Source: Verrucomicrobiales bacterium
GTDB lineage: Bacteria > Verrucomicrobiota > Verrucomicrobiia > Limisphaerales > F1-80-MAGS106
Direction: 5' to 3'
NCBI GenBank assembly: GCA_005805305.1
Contig: SYMW01000029.1
Span: 1-54,850, forward strand
DNA length: 54,850 bases
Part shown: positions 53,281 through 54,850 of the stretch, piece after piece
Layout of the letters: the number at the start of each line of letters is the position of its first letter
Numbering within the stretch: the stretch's first letter is position 1
Program-made: the position numbers and the translations under genes
Notes under the pieces: generated by a model
The model's database searches: none
Seen by the model: the letters and a program-made list of their open reading frames with translations, nothing else
What the model was told of the DNA's origin: nothing

Positions 53281-53715
53281 TCAACTCACCTTGGGAAAAC
53301 TGTCGTCGCGCAAGGAGCGCCAGGGTTCTTCCTGCGACTTGTCCACGATGCCCGGTTCCGCCGCGTTTGCGGGCGACAAGATGGCCAGAAAAATCAACTT
53401 CTCAGGAAACGGATTGTAGGTTCCGTGGACTTCTCCCATGGGAATAAAGGCCATCTCGCCCTGGCCAAGAATTCGGTGGGTTTTCCCGACCCATTGCTCC
53501 GCCCTGCCAGAGAGGATGTAGATGAGTTCCTCGCGAGTGGGATGGTTGTGGAACGGATGCGAACGAAAAGGATCCATGTTCGCCCGCACCAACAGCAAGT
53601 GCTCGTTCTGAACAACGTCGGAGCGGCACAACCACTCCTCGATCGTCCACGGCGACTCAAATCGAACGGCTTCCGCTAGTGTGACGAAACGACGGCTTGG
53701 TTCCAAGGGCTCCAC
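53281..53715 (-). CDS. cupin domain-containing protein
   Basis: The two cupin motifs are HPFHNHPTREELIYILSG and GEMAFIPMGEVHGTYN. GTG start. Confidence 0.8.
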   Translation of the reverse strand: MEPLEPSRRFVTLAEAVRFESPWTIEEWLCRSDVVQNEHLLLVRANMDPFRSHPFHNHPTREELIYILSGRAEQWVGKTHRILGQGEMAFIPMGEVHGTYNPFPEKLIFLAILSPANAAEPGIVDKSQEEPWRSLRDDSFPKVS

Positions 53716-53731
53716 GTTCTTCCTCAGAAAC

Positions 53732-54568
53732 TCAATTCCCGCTCACCTTTCGAGTTGTCCGGTCTTGAATCCACAACACATCCTTGTTGTTCGGCTGGGG
53801 GACATTGAGGGCCAATCCTTGACCCGGTTTAAGGACAGGGGTGGTCCGAGGATCAAGCCAGCGTTTGATTTCCGAATGCCCGTCCGCGAAGGCCAATCCG
53901 GCGGCTTTGTTATGATACCCCGCAGGATAATCCACCATGACCGTTTTGGCGGGATTAGGATAGTCTGGCATCCAGGTCACCCAAAAGCCGTCGTTGATGC
54001 TGTCTTCGCGCTCGTCCAGAAGAATCCAAGTGCCGCTGGCGCCGGGGTCGATAAAGTCCGATGTTTTCAGGTACATTCGCCACTCCGGCCCGCCAAACCA
54101 TGTATGCTTGCCTTCATTGCCGCCCACCCAGGAACTCATCGCCATGCTTCGAACTCTGGGATAGATCTGACCCTGACGCTTCACGGTGCTCTTGTCAGCG
54201 GGACATTTGAAAACTCCCGCTGAGTTTAGATATTTCCAAAGGGGACTCTTTTCGATGTCTTGCTTCGTGTCCCAGTTCGACGGATTCGTGCCGCTGAAAT
54301 CCAGGGAGCTTGTGCCCATCCACCCCGCAGGACCATACGCATGAATCAGTTTCTCGTTGTTTTCATCCGCGTAGAAAAGCCAGGCGTACATGATCTGCTT
54401 CGTGTTGTTCATGCACAGAATTCCCTGGGCCTTGGCTTTCGCCTTGCCGAGGGCCGGCAAAAGCATGCCGGCAAGAATGGCGATGATCGCGATGACTACC
54501 AGCAGCTCGATCAAGGTGAATCCAGCACGGAGGGCCGGAGCGGTTGAATAAAGTGGCTTGTTTTTCAT
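53732..54568 (-). CDS. prepilin-type N-terminal cleavage/methylation domain protein, H-X9-DG (DUF1559) family
   Basis: [26 protein letters not shown] and the H-X9-DG motif ([12 protein letters not shown]). ATG at 54568 ([23 protein letters not shown]). Confidence 0.85.
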   Translation of the reverse strand: MKNKPLYSTAPALRAGFTLIELLVVIAIIAILAGMLLPALGKAKAKAQGILCMNNTKQIMYAWLFYADENNEKLIHAYGPAGWMGTSSLDFSGTNPSNWDTKQDIEKSPLWKYLNSAGVFKCPADKSTVKRQGQIYPRVRSMAMSSWVGGNEGKHTWFGGPEWRMYLKTSDFIDPGASGTWILLDEREDSINDGFWVTWMPDYPNPAKTVMVDYPAGYHNKAAGLAFADGHSEIKRWLDPRTTPVLKPGQGLALNVPQPNNKDVLWIQDRTTRKVSGN

Positions 54569-54688
54569 AAGATCGCCGAAGGCCAAAACTCTCGCCGACA
54601 AACACAAGGAATACTTTTAATCCTACTCTGAAGGATTGAACCCGCAAGACAGATTTTGCGGCGTTGTGCCCAACTGCCCAACCGGTGT

Positions 54689-54846
54689 ATCCACGCGTTG
54701 TCGGTGATCGGGCGCGACTGTGCTGAAAGCCAGTCGCAGCAGTATCTCAGGCTCGCAGCCACGCCGAACCTGCTGCGGCTGGTGCTTCGCACACAACCGC
54801 GCTCCGGGCCGCCAGCCAAGTTCACCGGCAACTTGTGGATGCACTG
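54689..54846 (-). repeat. TIR-bounded structured repeat, copy B, upstream of the second H-X9-DG gene
   Basis: The reverse complement is colinear with 21572..21726, with 5 substitutions plus one small indel block counted by eye. It may extend past the window end. Confidence 0.85.
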
Positions 54847-54850
54847 GTCA

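Overview
GC-rich chromosomal window, mostly ordinary genes, with one clear accessory island and several families of short mobile or palindromic repeats. The gene content points to the PVC superphylum (Verrucomicrobiota or Planctomycetota). Evidence: four DUF1549/DUF1553 (PSCyt/PSD) + DUF1501 cassettes, a PVC-type CxxCH heme-binding dehydrogenase-like protein, two H-X9-DG prepilin-like proteins, two DUF4159 paralogs and DUF4058. Layout: (i) 0.2-28.6 kb is housekeeping. It holds a polyprenyl synthase, an ECF sigma factor with a putative anti-sigma, a twin-NBD ABC ATPase, lgt, rluD-family, thiD, rny, 5-FTHF cyclo-ligase, rarA, mtnP, Wza/Wzc-type polysaccharide export, ilvN-ilvC, tyrS and an RraA-like gene. 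(ii) 28.6-37.7 kb holds an IS1595 transposase remnant, one DUF1553/DUF1501 cassette and a ~4.7-kb island (32.67-37.35 kb). The island is bracketed by ~130-bp palindromic elements ending in CCATGAACC/GGTTCATGG. It carries DUF4058 plus a deleted copy, a translationally coupled pair (small basic WHGYPV protein + 539-aa protein ending in an ImmA/IrrE HEXXH peptidase), a stand-alone sigma-70 region-4 HTH, and an MNT-HEPN pair whose HEPN gene has two in-frame stop codons. (iii) 37.7-54.6 kb holds three more DUF1549/1553 + DUF1501 cassettes, tsaD, DUF4159, a cupin and a second H-X9-DG gene. The best candidate for an undescribed system is the small-protein + ImmA/IrrE-fusion pair at 34.07-36.02 kb. 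Other sequence-level results: a ~160-bp MITE with 17-nt terminal inverted repeats and 5-bp target-site duplications, inserted exactly at the stop codons of two genes. A ~155-nt TIR-bounded hairpin-rich element is nearly identical upstream of both H-X9-DG genes. Two intrinsic-terminator-like hairpins sit just upstream of same-strand genes (rarA, ilvN). No rRNA, tRNA or CRISPR array was found. Starts in the ORF track are the most-upstream ATG/GTG/TTG; I moved them only where the sequence supports it. All family assignments come from motif recognition by eye, not database searches.
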